The notes under the pieces were generated by a model. It searched no databases. It had not been told where the DNA came from and worked only from the letters and a program-made list of their open reading frames with translations. From Blastocladiella emersonii ATCC 22665 (lineage: Eukaryota; Fungi; Blastocladiomycota), in assembly GCA_025594325.1 (NCBI GenBank), contig JANHCV010000007.1:620001-684000 (forward strand): 64,000 bases of DNA, in the 5' to 3' direction. Of the stretch, positions 22,449-34,199 are shown piece by piece. The translations under genes were made by a program, and so were the position numbers. Positions within the stretch are counted from its first letter, which is position 1. The number at the start of each line of letters is the position of its first letter.

Positions 22449-24262
22449 GAGGGGAGGGCAGTGACAACGTTTTGTACGAGTCGCGCTTCAGCGTCCCGAG
22501 CCCGTGGATTGTCCGCGCATAAGCGGATGGCGCGAGATGCTGACGGAACGCCACTACGCCGTGTACAGCTAAGCCCCCATTCTTAGAAACCTCGCGCTGC
22601 TACAGCAAGTCAGCATCCGCCGGATAGCTCAAAAGTGGACGTGACGTTGAAGATGACTGTGCTTCGTCCAGAATCACGTCAGAGCCATTCCTGGATTTGC
22701 TGTCCGTGCCTGGTTCGCGCGCTCTGCGACTGGGTTGATGGCCATGTGATGCCCTTTTGCCCAGTCATGTCATGCTACTGCGACACTCGTTAGCAAGGTA
22801 GCCTTCATCACGGAGCGACCCGGGGTGCGGAGCGACCCGTGTCGGCAAGCGGCCCGTGGTGCTGTTCTGTGCTTGGCGGCGGTGGCCGAGTTCAGGGACG
22901 CGAGCGGCCGAGTTTGGACACGCGATCGCTCGGCAAAGCGACGCTGCCTTCGAGTCCAGGCGAGTTTGCTTGGAAAAGGCTCGCCGAAATGGGTCGAGCG
23001 ACGCGATGCGCCACGGCGTGATGTGGCGCAGCGCGCTTGTTCTCTGACCTGATCAGTCCGTCGATCAGGCAAGCTTCCAACCGCTTTGGTTCACGGGGGA
23101 AAGCAACCGGTTGTGAGCTCTCGCCGTTCAAACGAAGGCAAACCACTTCTTCTTCGACTGGAGTGGTCCGCAGCAAGGCGCGGTGACATGAGCTGCGGAG
23201 GTACGCTGGTGCCCACGGGCGTGTGGGGAGGCCATCGCGCACCTTGTGAATCTACCACACCAAAAGCCTTTCAACAGAGTCAGACATCAACATTGTGCCA
23301 GATCAGCACTGGTCGAGATGATCCCGCACGTCGAGCGGGATGTATTAGGCTCCAAGCTTCCAGCTCGACGATGGCCAGGACAAGACCGGTCCGGTCGCGC
23401 ACAAACCCCGTCGGAACACGGATTACGTCGCACACGGATTTAGATGGCTCGAAGGTGTCGGCAATGCTAACGCCAGCACTAACCGAGCGGAGGCGCAAGA
23501 GCTCGCCGCTGCTGCGGTGCAGTCCGAGGAGCCCAGCTGGCTTCGTTACTCACGACGCGGCCACCAACGTCCAGAGGGCGGCAGGGCCACCGGCGTAGAC
23601 CACCGTGGGCGAGTCGCTCGGGGCAGCCGCCTCGGCACTCTCCTAGTTGCATCATGCCAGGTCAGGAAACTCAACTCGGTGGTCACTTCCCGCTGCAAAC
23701 GACGTGCGGTCGCCCATGGCGACGACGCCACCCAACAGCGATGTTGACCGGCCCCGATGCCGGCCGCTCTTGCCCACCCTCGACCATCGTCGCCGGCAAG
23801 GTCCCCGCGCCGAATGCAGCAAGTCTCGTTTACTCGGTGCGCGTGTTCATCCTCGATCCATGGCGGGCGTGGGAGAGCGAGCGAAAGTAAGCGACCCGGC
23901 TCGCGCTTTGATGCCGGTGTGAAGCGGCTGCTCCAGCCTCGGCCGTCATCATCGCGGGGAGGACAACGTGAGAAGAGGCGCCGAGTTGGGCGTCCGTTCT
24001 TCGCCGGCGAGTGGCGCGCTTCGTTTCTCTGAGCGAGCGAAGGACGGCCTGCCTCGCTCGCCGCCACCGTTCTTCGTCCCTTCTCCCTCTCCTCGAGCGA
24101 CAGCAGACAAGGAATATACGATAAACGCAACGAGTCGTAGTACTGCTGGCATGCATCACCGTCCCGTTGGCGCTGCAGCCCGACTCGAGAGCTGACGCCG
24201 TCGTCGCCCACCCGATGTAGCCTGCACCCCTCCAACCCACCGCAACCCAACACTACACCAAG

Positions 24263-25738
24263 ATGATGGCGCAGGTCCCGACGCACACGACGGGCGGCAG
24301 CATGACGATGCCGCTGGGCATGCCCGGTCTTCCGACGGGCGGCGCGATGCTGGCGATGCCGCCGCTGCCGACGACGCACGTGGGCGGCGCCGTGGCCGAG
24401 GACCGCGAGGAGATCCTGACGGCGTGCGTGAGCTGCGCGGACACGTTCACGGGACTGGCGGACCTGCGCGCGGCCAACAAGTACACGGACATCAACCTGG
24501 TGATCCCGGACGGCGTGACGGCGGTGCGCGCGCACCGCGTGGTGATTGCGGCGAGCTCGGCGGTGCTGGCCAAGGTGCTCGACACGGGCGAGGCGGTGCG
24601 CGAGATCCAGCTGGGCCAGTTCATCCCGCCCATGCCGACGCCGCCGCCCGTGCACCCGGACGACGACATTGACGGCCGCGCGCAGCGGTCGCAGGACCCG
24701 ATCGCGACCACCAACGCCCTCGCGCTGTCCATGATCGACTTCATGTATATGCGCAAGCTCGCGGTGCGCGGCGCCGTGGCCGCGGTCGCGACCTCGCGCG
24801 CGGCGCGCGACCTCGGGCTCGCCGAGTTGATCCCGCTCGCCGACCAGCTCGTGCAGCGGTTCATTGTGGCGGACCCGACGCGCGTGCTGCGCGCGGCCGT
24901 GCAGTACCGTGCGTCGGAGCTCGTCGACACGTGCATCCGCGTGATGCTGTCGCAGCGCATGCTGTACGACGCCAAGGTGCGCGCGTCGCTGACGTGCCTG
25001 CCGCTGCCGCGGTTCCGCGCGCTGCTGTCGCGCAACGGGCCGAGCGCGTCGGCGACGGGCGGCGCGGACGTTGGGGGTGAGCTGATTGGGCTCAGCCCCG
25101 TGGACCGGTTCTCGCTCATCTGCGCGTACGTCGACCGCGCCACGGCCGCGGCGCCGTGCCTGATCCACAACCGCAAGTCGTCGCGGCCCGGCGCGTACCC
25201 GCCGCAGGCGTCCGAGGCGGTGCTCGCGCACCAGTACTGCACGTGCGACAACGCGCGGCCCGTCGACTCGGCCCAGCTGTTTGCCGACACCATGGACTTC
25301 TCGACGCTCGACCTCGCCACACTGCGCCAGGCGTCGTCCATGCCCAACGTGCCGTCGGCGCTCGTCATGCAGGCGCTGTTCGCCAAGCTCGAGATGCCCG
25401 GCGGCGGCGCTGCCGCGGCCATGGCCCCCGCGTCGGTGCCCATGGCGACGGGCGGGATGCCGGCCATGATGCCGATGCCCGCGTACGGCGGGTACTACCA
25501 GCCGCAGCAGCCGCAGCAGCCGATTCCGAACCAGGGTACCGGCGGGTCCGTCACCGGCAACGCGACGGGCGGTAATGCGGCCCCCGTGTACGGCGGGTAC
25601 TACCAGCCGCAGCAGGCCATGCCCGTCCAGACGCACCACACGGGCGGGTCGATGCACGCGCCGTCGCCCCGCATGAACGCGGCGCACGCCCCGCTCCCGC
25701 CGCTCCCGCACCAGTACTACCAGCAGCCGCAGCAGTAG
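24263..25738 (+). CDS. BTB/POZ-BACK domain protein with M/P/Q-rich termini
   Basis: YTDINLVIPDGVTAVRAHRVVIAASSAVL (BTB start) and a BACK-like helical region; single 491 aa ORF. Confidence 0.8.
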   Translation: MMAQVPTHTTGGSMTMPLGMPGLPTGGAMLAMPPLPTTHVGGAVAEDREEILTACVSCADTFTGLADLRAANKYTDINLVIPDGVTAVRAHRVVIAASSAVLAKVLDTGEAVREIQLGQFIPPMPTPPPVHPDDDIDGRAQRSQDPIATTNALALSMIDFMYMRKLAVRGAVAAVATSRAARDLGLAELIPLADQLVQRFIVADPTRVLRAAVQYRASELVDTCIRVMLSQRMLYDAKVRASLTCLPLPRFRALLSRNGPSASATGGADVGGELIGLSPVDRFSLICAYVDRATAAAPCLIHNRKSSRPGAYPPQASEAVLAHQYCTCDNARPVDSAQLFADTMDFSTLDLATLRQASSMPNVPSALVMQALFAKLEMPGGGAAAAMAPASVPMATGGMPAMMPMPAYGGYYQPQQPQQPIPNQGTGGSVTGNATGGNAAPVYGGYYQPQQAMPVQTHHTGGSMHAPSPRMNAAHAPLPPLPHQYYQQPQQ

Positions 25739-26014
25739 GTGGTGGTGGTGGGAGGAAGAGGAGATGAGAGTAGACGAGCGTGGTTTTGTTGGATATGCGA
25801 GCGATATAGCACGGTTTTTGGCTCTCTAAAAGCGATCGGCGCGAACATCAGGGCAGCCCCCCTGATCAGGGGTGCGAGACGCGTCTTGAAGCGGGCCACG
25901 CGTCGGTCACGCGGGAGTTGAGTCCGCGCCTTTCGCTCGTTTCCCCCCCTCTCCTCACTCTGCCCCCTGCCCTCCCTCGTGCATGCATCTCGAACCCAGC
26001 CGACCCGCCGCACC

Positions 26015-28679
26015 ATGAACCAGGATGACGACTCGCCGCCGCGCAACCGCTCGACGACCCCCGATCGCGCCGCTCTTTCGGCTTCGAAGCGTCCCGAGGA
26101 CGCCGAGTGGTGGCTGACCCGGGCGACGCAGGACCCCGAGAAAGAGGACGATGAGCGGCAGGACTGGGTCGGCGCGCTGGGCCGTGCGACGCCCGAGGAG
26201 GAGGACGGGGTGGTGGTGGTCGAGGTAAGCGAGCCGCCATCGCCCGGCGCGATGCGATGGGTCGCACTGTTCCTGTGCTGTCTCCTGCTGTTTGGCAACT
26301 ACTACGGTACGGTGCGCGCTGGTTTGTGAATGTGGCCGTGGTGCGGGGCTGACTTGTCGTTGTGCGTCGTGTAGCCTACGACAACCCGTCCGGTACGCGC
26401 TGCTGGCGCTCCCATCGATCCCGCCTCCGTCCTCACCCTGCCCCTACCCACGCGTAGCCCTGTCGGTGCAGATGCACGAGTACCTCGGGATCCCGTACGC
26501 GCAGTTCGCGTACTACCTGAACCTGTTCTACTCGGTGTACTCGCTGCCGAACGTGCCCATGACGCTCGTGTCCGGCTGGCTCATGGACCGGTTCGGGACC
26601 CACCGCGTGCTGCTGATCCTGAGCGTGTGCGTGTGCGTGGGCCAGCTCGTGTTCGTGCTCGGGCTCGAGTGGAAGAACCTCAACGTCATGCTCGCGGGCC
26701 GGATCCTGTTCGGGATCGGCGGCGAGTCGGTCGGGGTTGCCCAGGCGAGTATTACGACGTCGTGGTTTCGGTACGCGCACCTGTTACGACTTCGCGCGCC
26801 TCGGCTCACTTCGTGGGAGTCGTGTAGCAACAAGGAACTCGCGTTCGCCCTCGGCATCAACCTGTGCGTCGCGCGGCTCGGGTCCGTCGTCAACGCGGTC
26901 CTGAGCCCGCGCACCACGCTGGCGTGGGGCGTGACGACGGCCGCGTGGATGGGCTTCTTTTTCTGCCTCGCCTCGCTCGCCTCGGGCGTCCTCCTCGTCC
27001 TCGTCATCGGCACCCCCGACCCGGCCCCGCTCGTGTTGGACAGCGAGGCGGTGGTCGACGAGCGCACGCCGCTGCTCGTGCGCGTCGACGTGGGCGCGGT
27101 CCGCGACGCGTTTGACGCCGAGGCCGATTCCACGGCGGCGGCGGAGCGCGAGCTCGTGGACGCGGCGGGCAAAGTGGTCGCGGACGCGTCGCACCTGTCG
27201 ACGAGCGCGGGGACCGGGTCGTCGTCGACGGCCGTGGACGCCGGCGGGTCCGCGACCCCAACAACGACGAGCAGCCGGTCGAGCCACCGCACGCCTGCAC
27301 TCCTCGCCGCGGCGCTCGACACGGGCATGTTCGCGTCGTGGCGGCAACTCCCGCCATCGTTCTGGCTGCTGTGCCTGGTGTGCATCACGCTGTACGGGAC
27401 GGTGGTGCCCTTTGGCGCGGTCGCGAGCGAGTTCTTCCAGGCGAAATGGTACCCGGGTGACCCGGCGACGGCCGGGCTCGTGATGAGCACGCCCGACAGC
27501 GTTTCCGCGTTCCTGGTGCCCATCATGGGGGTATTGATCGACCGGTACGGCCGGCGGTGCTCGTCGATGCTGGTGTGCGCGGTGCTGATCATGGGCGCAC
27601 ACTCGGCGCTCGCGCTTGCGCCCGCCGACGCGATGCCGCCGCTCGCGGCCATGCTCCCGCTCGGCGCCGCCTACTCGCTGTACGGCACCGCCATGTGGCC
27701 CAGCATCGCGTGCCTCGTGCACGACCCGCACCTCGTGGCGACCGCGTACGGGATCGCGACGTCCGCGCTCAACGCGAGTCTGGCGGTGGTCCCCGTCGTC
27801 GTCGCATCGCTCCTCGTCGCGGCCGACGACCCGCAGGGCGGCGACCCCGTCGCCAAGTACCTCCCCGTCGAGTTCTTTTTCGTCGGGCTCGCGGCCGCCG
27901 GGCTCGTCGCCGCCGCCGCCCTGTACCGCGCGGATAAGCGGAGCGGCGGGTTCCTCGAGTCCGCGGCCCTCGCTCCACCCGCAGCCATCACCGCGGTCGC
28001 GGAAGACGCCGAAGCCACCGTCTCAGGTATCCTCAATCCGCCGCTCGCCCGCCGGCTAAGGTCGCGCGAGGCGTCGTACCTGTCGACGCAGAGTCTCGCG
28101 ACGGTCGCGTCGCGTGCCAGCAGCGCAGCCACAGCCGCGGCGCCGCTCACACCCCCACCGCTCTTCTTCCACCCGATGATCCGCAGCGCGTCGCAGGGCT
28201 CGCTGATCGCCGCCACCAACGCCATGGCTGCCGCCGCCGCCGCCTCGTCGGTTCCCCTCACCCGGTCGCTCAGCCTGTACGGCGGCACCGCCAGCGGGCT
28301 GTCGAGGCTGCACTCGCGGCGCGGGACCGCGGCGACCGCGCAGACGCAGCAAGGGATGCACCAGCCCCTCCGCCGCGCGGTCACGGCGAGCAGCGCGAGC
28401 AACGCGTCGTCCAGCTCGAGACCGCAGCAGCAGCAGCAGCAGCAACAGTGGTACCGCCGCGTGCGGCGCGGCGAGACCCTACCGCTACCCCCGTCCTCGA
28501 CCGCAGGCGCGCCGCTGCCCGACATGGAGCAGGAGGCGAACGGCAGCGGGCCGCGGCGGTGGTCGTCGCGCGGCGCGCCCCGGCGGTACGCGGCGGTGCA
28601 CGTCCACGACGTGTTTGCGCCGGCGGGCGACGCTGAGCGGGTCGTTGTGGGCTCACCCGAAGAGCACCAGCAGCAGTAG
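26015..28679 (+). CDS. MFS transporter, MFSD1-like (lysosomal dipeptide transporter family), multi-exon
   Basis: RWVALFLCCLLLFGNYY-[intron]-YDNP, YSVYSLPN, GWLMDRFG, GRILFGIGGES, ELAFALG; 12 TM segments expected. Confidence 0.85.
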
Positions 28680-29461
28680 GAAGAGGTTGGATGCAAAGCC
28701 GTATACATGATCCCTCGATTGCACGCACGCCACAGCGGGACCGCGCACAGACTCATCCTCTGTCGCGTGAAATCGGCGGTCGCGTCGCCGCAAGCGCGAT
28801 CGTGGCCGTGTGCGTGTGGCGCGGACAGCGAGGATCCACGAGGGCCGCGGTGCTGAGCCACCACCACGCGCGACTGTCTCGCGCGCGAGACACGAGTGCA
28901 CGTGGAAGGGGTCGTGACCGCGACGCCATCAGATCAAGCAAGAGAGCAGGGTCGAGAGGTGGGCGACCGGATTCCCACCCCCGCGCATCGACGCGAGCGA
29001 CCGGGGGAGCGTGTCACCGCCGACGCGGCGTGACGGCGATTGACGCGCGCTGGCGTCGACCTCGGAGCACGGACAGAGTTGCCGACCACGCGTTTCCTGC
29101 CGGGTCGCCTTGTCCCGAGCACTCGGCCACGGCGGCGTCGCTGGCGAGGGAGGGGTGTGGCACGGTCGCTGCGAGGGCGAGCCGAGTGGGCCGAAACTTT
29201 CTTCTTGGCGTGCTGGCGGGGGCGGCCTGGTGCGCCCCTCCCTCGCCGCCCACTCTCCCTCCCTCGGGCCCCCGCACGCTCTTGTCTCTCTCCCCTCCCT
29301 CTCGACTGGTCAACTCGACCTTCCTCCCCTCTCGTCGCAACGTATCAAGCGTCCCCGACTCGGCCCACGACGGATCGCCGGCTGGACTGTATCCTCGACT
29401 ACGCGGCCGTGAGCGCCACCGACTTACTTCTTCTTCCCCTCCCCCCTCGGCGCCACTGAGG

Positions 29462-29531
29462 GTAAGCAGCAATTCCCGCCCGCACACCGCTGCCGAGCAC
29501 CCATCTGATCGCCGCCCCTCCCGCTCCGTAG
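29462..29531 (+). other. Probable 5' UTR intron ending 2 nt before the desaturase ATG
   Basis: GTAAGC donor at 29462; CCGTAG|CCATG acceptor. Confidence 0.6.
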
Positions 29532-29533
29532 CC

Positions 29534-30808
29534 ATGGCAACAACGACGCTGACGACGCCGTACACGGTGCACGACCGCGCGGTCCCCGGTCTGCTGGACG
29601 AGCGGCAGGCGGCGCGTGCGGCGGCGCGCAAGCGCGGTTCCGCCAAGCACGCGGCGAACGACAGCGCGACGTCGGACCTGATCGACGACGCCAACGTGAT
29701 CCCGACGGGCCTCCCTCGCCTGCCCGTGCCCGCGGGCCCGCAGGCCAACTGGCTCGACCCGTACGTCGTGGGCCTGGTGCGCGACCCGCGCGACACCGTG
29801 TTCATCAAGACGACGCTATGGCTTCTCCTCGGTGTCGCGTCGGCCCTGACGCTGGTCCTGTACCGGTTCTCGTGGTGGCACTTTGCGGTGCACACGGTGT
29901 GGGTCGGCAAGTACGCGACGACGTTTGTGCTGATGCTGCACTGCGTGTGCCACCGGCCGCTGTACACGCGTCGCGTGCACGCGCTCAACTGGGTCGTGCC
30001 GTACGTCCTCGCGCCCTTCTACGGGCACACGTGGGATACCTTCTACTACCACCATATCAAGCACCACCACATCGAGGATAACGGGCCCGGCGACCTCTCG
30101 TGCACGCTCGCGTACCAGCGCGACTCGGTCGTGCACTTTCTGCACTACTTTTTCCGGTTCCTCCTGTTCACGCCCATCGAGCTCCCGCTCTACTTCGCGG
30201 GCAAGCGGTGGTACGGCACCGCCCTGCGCGTCGTGTCCATGGAGGCCGGGACGTGGTGCTTCTTCGCGGGCGTGACGTACGTCGGCGCGCACTACACGTC
30301 CACGACGCCCGAGTCCGCCCCGCTCGCGGGCCTCCTGTGCTTCGTGGTGCCCGTGCTCCTGATGCGGTTCGGCATGATGTCCGGCAACTGGGCGCAGCAC
30401 GCCTTCGTCGACGTGACTCGGCCCGACTGCGACTACGTGCAGTCGCTGACGTGCATCGACAACGACTACAACGCGCTCGCCTTCAACGACGGGTACCACA
30501 CGTCGCACCACCTCAACCCGCGCCGCCACTGGGCCGACCACCCGGGCAACCTGGTCGCGTGCGCCGACGACTACGCGAAACACGGCACCATCGTGTTCAA
30601 GGGGATCGACTTCCATGTCACCTGGTTCTTCCTCATGACCAAGAACTACCGCGCCCTGGCCCGCGCGTACGTGCACCTCGACACGAGTACCGAGCGGCCG
30701 AGCGACGAGACGATTGCGGCCATGCTGCGCGAGCGCACCAAGATCATGTCGGCCGAGGATATCAACAAGTACTACGCCGCGACCAAGGTCAAGGCTGCCG
30801 CTCGCTAA
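29534..30808 (+). CDS. Membrane fatty-acid desaturase-superfamily protein
   Basis: Three His boxes HCVCH, HHIKHHH and GYHTSHH with hydrophobic segments between them; intronless CDS. Confidence 0.85.
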   Translation: MATTTLTTPYTVHDRAVPGLLDERQAARAAARKRGSAKHAANDSATSDLIDDANVIPTGLPRLPVPAGPQANWLDPYVVGLVRDPRDTVFIKTTLWLLLGVASALTLVLYRFSWWHFAVHTVWVGKYATTFVLMLHCVCHRPLYTRRVHALNWVVPYVLAPFYGHTWDTFYYHHIKHHHIEDNGPGDLSCTLAYQRDSVVHFLHYFFRFLLFTPIELPLYFAGKRWYGTALRVVSMEAGTWCFFAGVTYVGAHYTSTTPESAPLAGLLCFVVPVLLMRFGMMSGNWAQHAFVDVTRPDCDYVQSLTCIDNDYNALAFNDGYHTSHHLNPRRHWADHPGNLVACADDYAKHGTIVFKGIDFHVTWFFLMTKNYRALARAYVHLDTSTERPSDETIAAMLRERTKIMSAEDINKYYAATKVKAAAR

Positions 30809-30955
30809 ACCGATTGCACTTGCACATTCATTCCTTGTTTTCCACAATTCATCTGATCGGATTCGCTTGACTGACTGGCTGCAGGGTGTATCGGGAGAGG
30901 ACGGGTTCGGGTGACTCGGGAATATGTACAGACGGAGGAGAGGTTCGGGGGAACG

Positions 30956-32439
30956 CTATCCTAGGGAGGCGGGCATCGCAGGTACCGGTGGTGGCGGCGG
31001 CGGAGGGACCGAGGAGGCGGCCATGAGCGGCACGTCGATGGCGGCCGACGACACGGGAGGGGACGACGACGACGCGATGCCCTCGAGCGGCTGCTGATGG
31101 TGCTCGTGGCCCGTCGGCACCTGCCCGTTCGCGATCGCTGTCCGTTCCACATCCTACACACGCTTCGAGTTAGCAACCCATCCATCACCCACACCATTCC
31201 GCGTCCATCCGTACCCGCTTGCACATGGGACACGCGGTCGCAACGCCGAGCCACTGCGTGACGCACTCGCGATGGAAGACGTGCGCGCACGGGAGCCGCG
31301 CGAGCTCGACGTCGGGCGCGTAGTCGTCGAGGCAGATGACGCACATGGCGCGGTCCGCGGGCACGTCGAGCGGCGGCAGGTGGTCGAGTTTCGTCGGCTG
31401 GTACACGCCGAGGTGCAGGTACTGCACCGCCGACGACGCGCCGCGCGGGGTGCTGCCGTCGCCGCGGTTGGCCGGGTTGGTGGAATCCGAAGGGTTGGAT
31501 GAGGAGCGGAAGATGCGCCGGCCGATCCAGTTCCAGAACAGCGCGAGGAGGACGAACGGGACGGCAAAGGTGACGGCGAGCAGGATCACGAGGACGACGC
31601 CGTACTGCGCGACGGCGAGCCCGATCCACGCCCACGCGAGTTTGCCGACGGTCAGCGAGACCGAGCACTCGTCGGGCGCGGGCCACAGGATCAGCACGCC
31701 GACCACGATCAGGCCGAAGCGCGCGAGTTGGAGCATCTCCTTGTACCTGTTTGGCGAGCGAGCGGGACGTGTCAGCGGGCGCGGATGTGATAGAGCCCGC
31801 GAGAGCACGTACGCGACGAGATGCCGAAACCACGGCCGCTCGGCATACCCGCCGCCGCCGGGACTGCTCCTCGCGAGCTTGACGCGGGCGCGGACGGGGA
31901 GCACCGCCATGGCGACGACCCCATGCGCGAGCGCCGCCAGCTCGAACTTGAACAGGGACGTGCACGCCTCGCTCGGCACGCGGCCCGTGGTCCCGTCGGG
32001 CCGCAGCGCAAACGCGACCGCGACCAGCGAAACCGCCAGCGACGCGACCGTCAGCAGCGTGTCGAAGACGACCATCAGCCGCGTCGACCCGTTCGCGGTC
32101 GTCCACCGCGACGCGCGCAGGGCGGCCATGTTCTGGTGCGCTTGACGCGCGGCGGAGTTGTTCACTACGATAGAGGGGAGGATTAGGGTGGGTGATGGGA
32201 GGGGGAGGGGAGGGAGACGGACTCAGAATGCGCGACCGCTCGAGCGCGCCGGGCGGCCCGCGCCGCGCCACCACGGGGGCCCCGCCGCCCGCGGCCGCCG
32301 TCGCTTCCGCGTACAGGTCCTCGATGGACGCGAGCGGCGGTTCCGTTGCTGGCTGCGATGGTGGCGCGGACGCGTAGGCGGGCGGCATCGGCGGCATCGC
32401 GGCCGGCGATGGCGAGGGTGTTGGTCTCGGTGTCTCCAT
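30956..32439 (-). CDS. Multi-TM RING-H2 E3 ubiquitin ligase, multi-exon
   Basis: CVICLDDY...LPCAHVFHRECVTQWLGVATACPMCK (C3H2C3) preceded by several TM helices; last exon 31150-30956. Confidence 0.85.
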
Positions 32440-33300
32440 GGTTGTCGTGTCTCGTGTGGATCAATCAATCGTGTGCGTGGAGCAGTTCCATCAAGTAGCA
32501 GTTTGCATCGACATGGGCAGGGAGAGAGAGCGGAGAGCGGGGATGCGGTGCAGAACGAACGCGACGATGGCGATGCCAAGCGCTCAGTCGCTCGCTCGCC
32601 CCAGCCGCGTTGGATCGCGGCGCTGCGCGGGACACACGCCTCACGCCGCGGCGGCGGGCGGTGGGCGCGATCGCAACGAGCAGGGGTTCTGCAACGAGGA
32701 ACACCGCGGAACGGTCAGCACCGTCGCCGTCTCCGTCAGAGCAGAGCGTGTCACGCGCCCCTCTCCCTCCCCCTCTCCCGCTAAAACTGTAACAATCGCG
32801 CTGGCCTGCACGCCTGCATCGGCCACGCTCGCGGCAAGCGCCGATCGCTGGCCTCCCGCTGCGCTCGCGCTACGCCCGGCGCGCGTCTCTCCGATGGCGC
32901 GGAGGGACGGGGTAGTGGAGTCAAGGCGCGAGGGCCGAGCCACACGCTTCTCACGCTCGCTCTCCGACGCTGGGCAAACGTCAAGGGCAAACGTGCGACG
33001 CGTCGCCGCGCTGTCTCGCGCCTCGTCTCCGCCTCTCGCTGCTGGCTGCTTTTGCTTGAGACGCGACGCGAATGGCAGCGAGTGCACGCCGGCACGCCGG
33101 CGAGGGAGTTGACACGTAAGCAATACGGGCCGGTGGGGAGGACGGCGTGGTGCTGGCAACTCCGCGGCGTGCTCTCCGGCTCTCTCTCTCGGGGCATGAG
33201 ATAGTGCTAGCACACTTGTCGCAACGTACCACACATGTATGCCCGCCCGCCGACACCATGAACTCTGAGCGCGAGCGCTGACGCCAGCATCAGCAGCAGC

Positions 33301-34064
33301 ATGTCCTCGCCGCTCCTCGCCTCGGTCACCGACCTCGCCACGACGCTGTCGACGGCCGTCGACTGGTCGCAGCCGTCGCTGTCGATTGCCGCCGGCTCCG
33401 TCGCCTTCAACCCGACCTTCTGGAACATTGTCGCGCGCGCCGAGCACCGGTCGCAGATCCTGACGCGGCTCGCCGGCGGCAGCGCCCTCGCCGGGTGCTA
33501 CGCGCTCGCCGCTACCATCTTCTCGCTCGGCATCCTGCGCGACTACCTGTACGCCGCCGCCCTCGACGATCAGCCCGTCGTCGCCATGCTCGCGTGCGAC
33601 ACGGTGCGGGTTGCGGGCGCGGCGATGTTGGCGGTCGGGAACGTGTTTGTCCTCTCGTCCATGTGGCGGCTCGGCGTCACGGGCACCTACCTCGGCGACT
33701 ACTTTGGGATCCTCATGGAGCAGCGCGTCACCGAGTTCCCGTTCAATGTCATGGAGAACCCCATGTACACCGGGTCGACCATGTGCTTTGTCGGTACCGC
33801 TCTCTGGTACGCCAAGGCGTGTGCACGAGCTTCTCCGTCAGACACTCACATGGTTCGTCACCGTAGGAAGGGCTCGTTCGCCGGCCTCGTCCTCTCCGTC
33901 TGGGTCTGGATCGTCTACCAGCTCGCGCTTGCGTACGAGGGGTACGTCTTCCTCCCGCTCAACGACGCCTCCCTGCTCACGCTGACCCGCGCGACTGTAG
34001 CCCCTTCACCGCCCAGATCTACGCCAAGCGCGACGAGCTGCGCCGCAAGCAGAAACAGGAGTGA
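33301..34064 (+). CDS. OPI3: Phospholipid N-methyltransferase (PEMT/Opi3), 3 exons
   Basis: FNPTFWNIVARAEHR, GVTGTYLGDYFGILM, FPFNVMENPMYTGST, YEG|PFTAQIYAKR. Confidence 0.93.
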
Positions 34065-34199
34065 GTCGCGTTGCTTTTGCGCGAGTAAAAATACACCTTT
34101 TGTGGACAAACGGTGGACACACGGCGGCTTCGCCTCAGCGGCGCTTCGAGCTGCACTCCTGGCACACCTCCACGACCATCACTTCATCACGCGCTGAAC

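Noticed and set aside
22600-23600. Short ORFs between the DsbA-like and BTB genes
   Set aside because: No consistent frame, splice pattern or recognisable domain.
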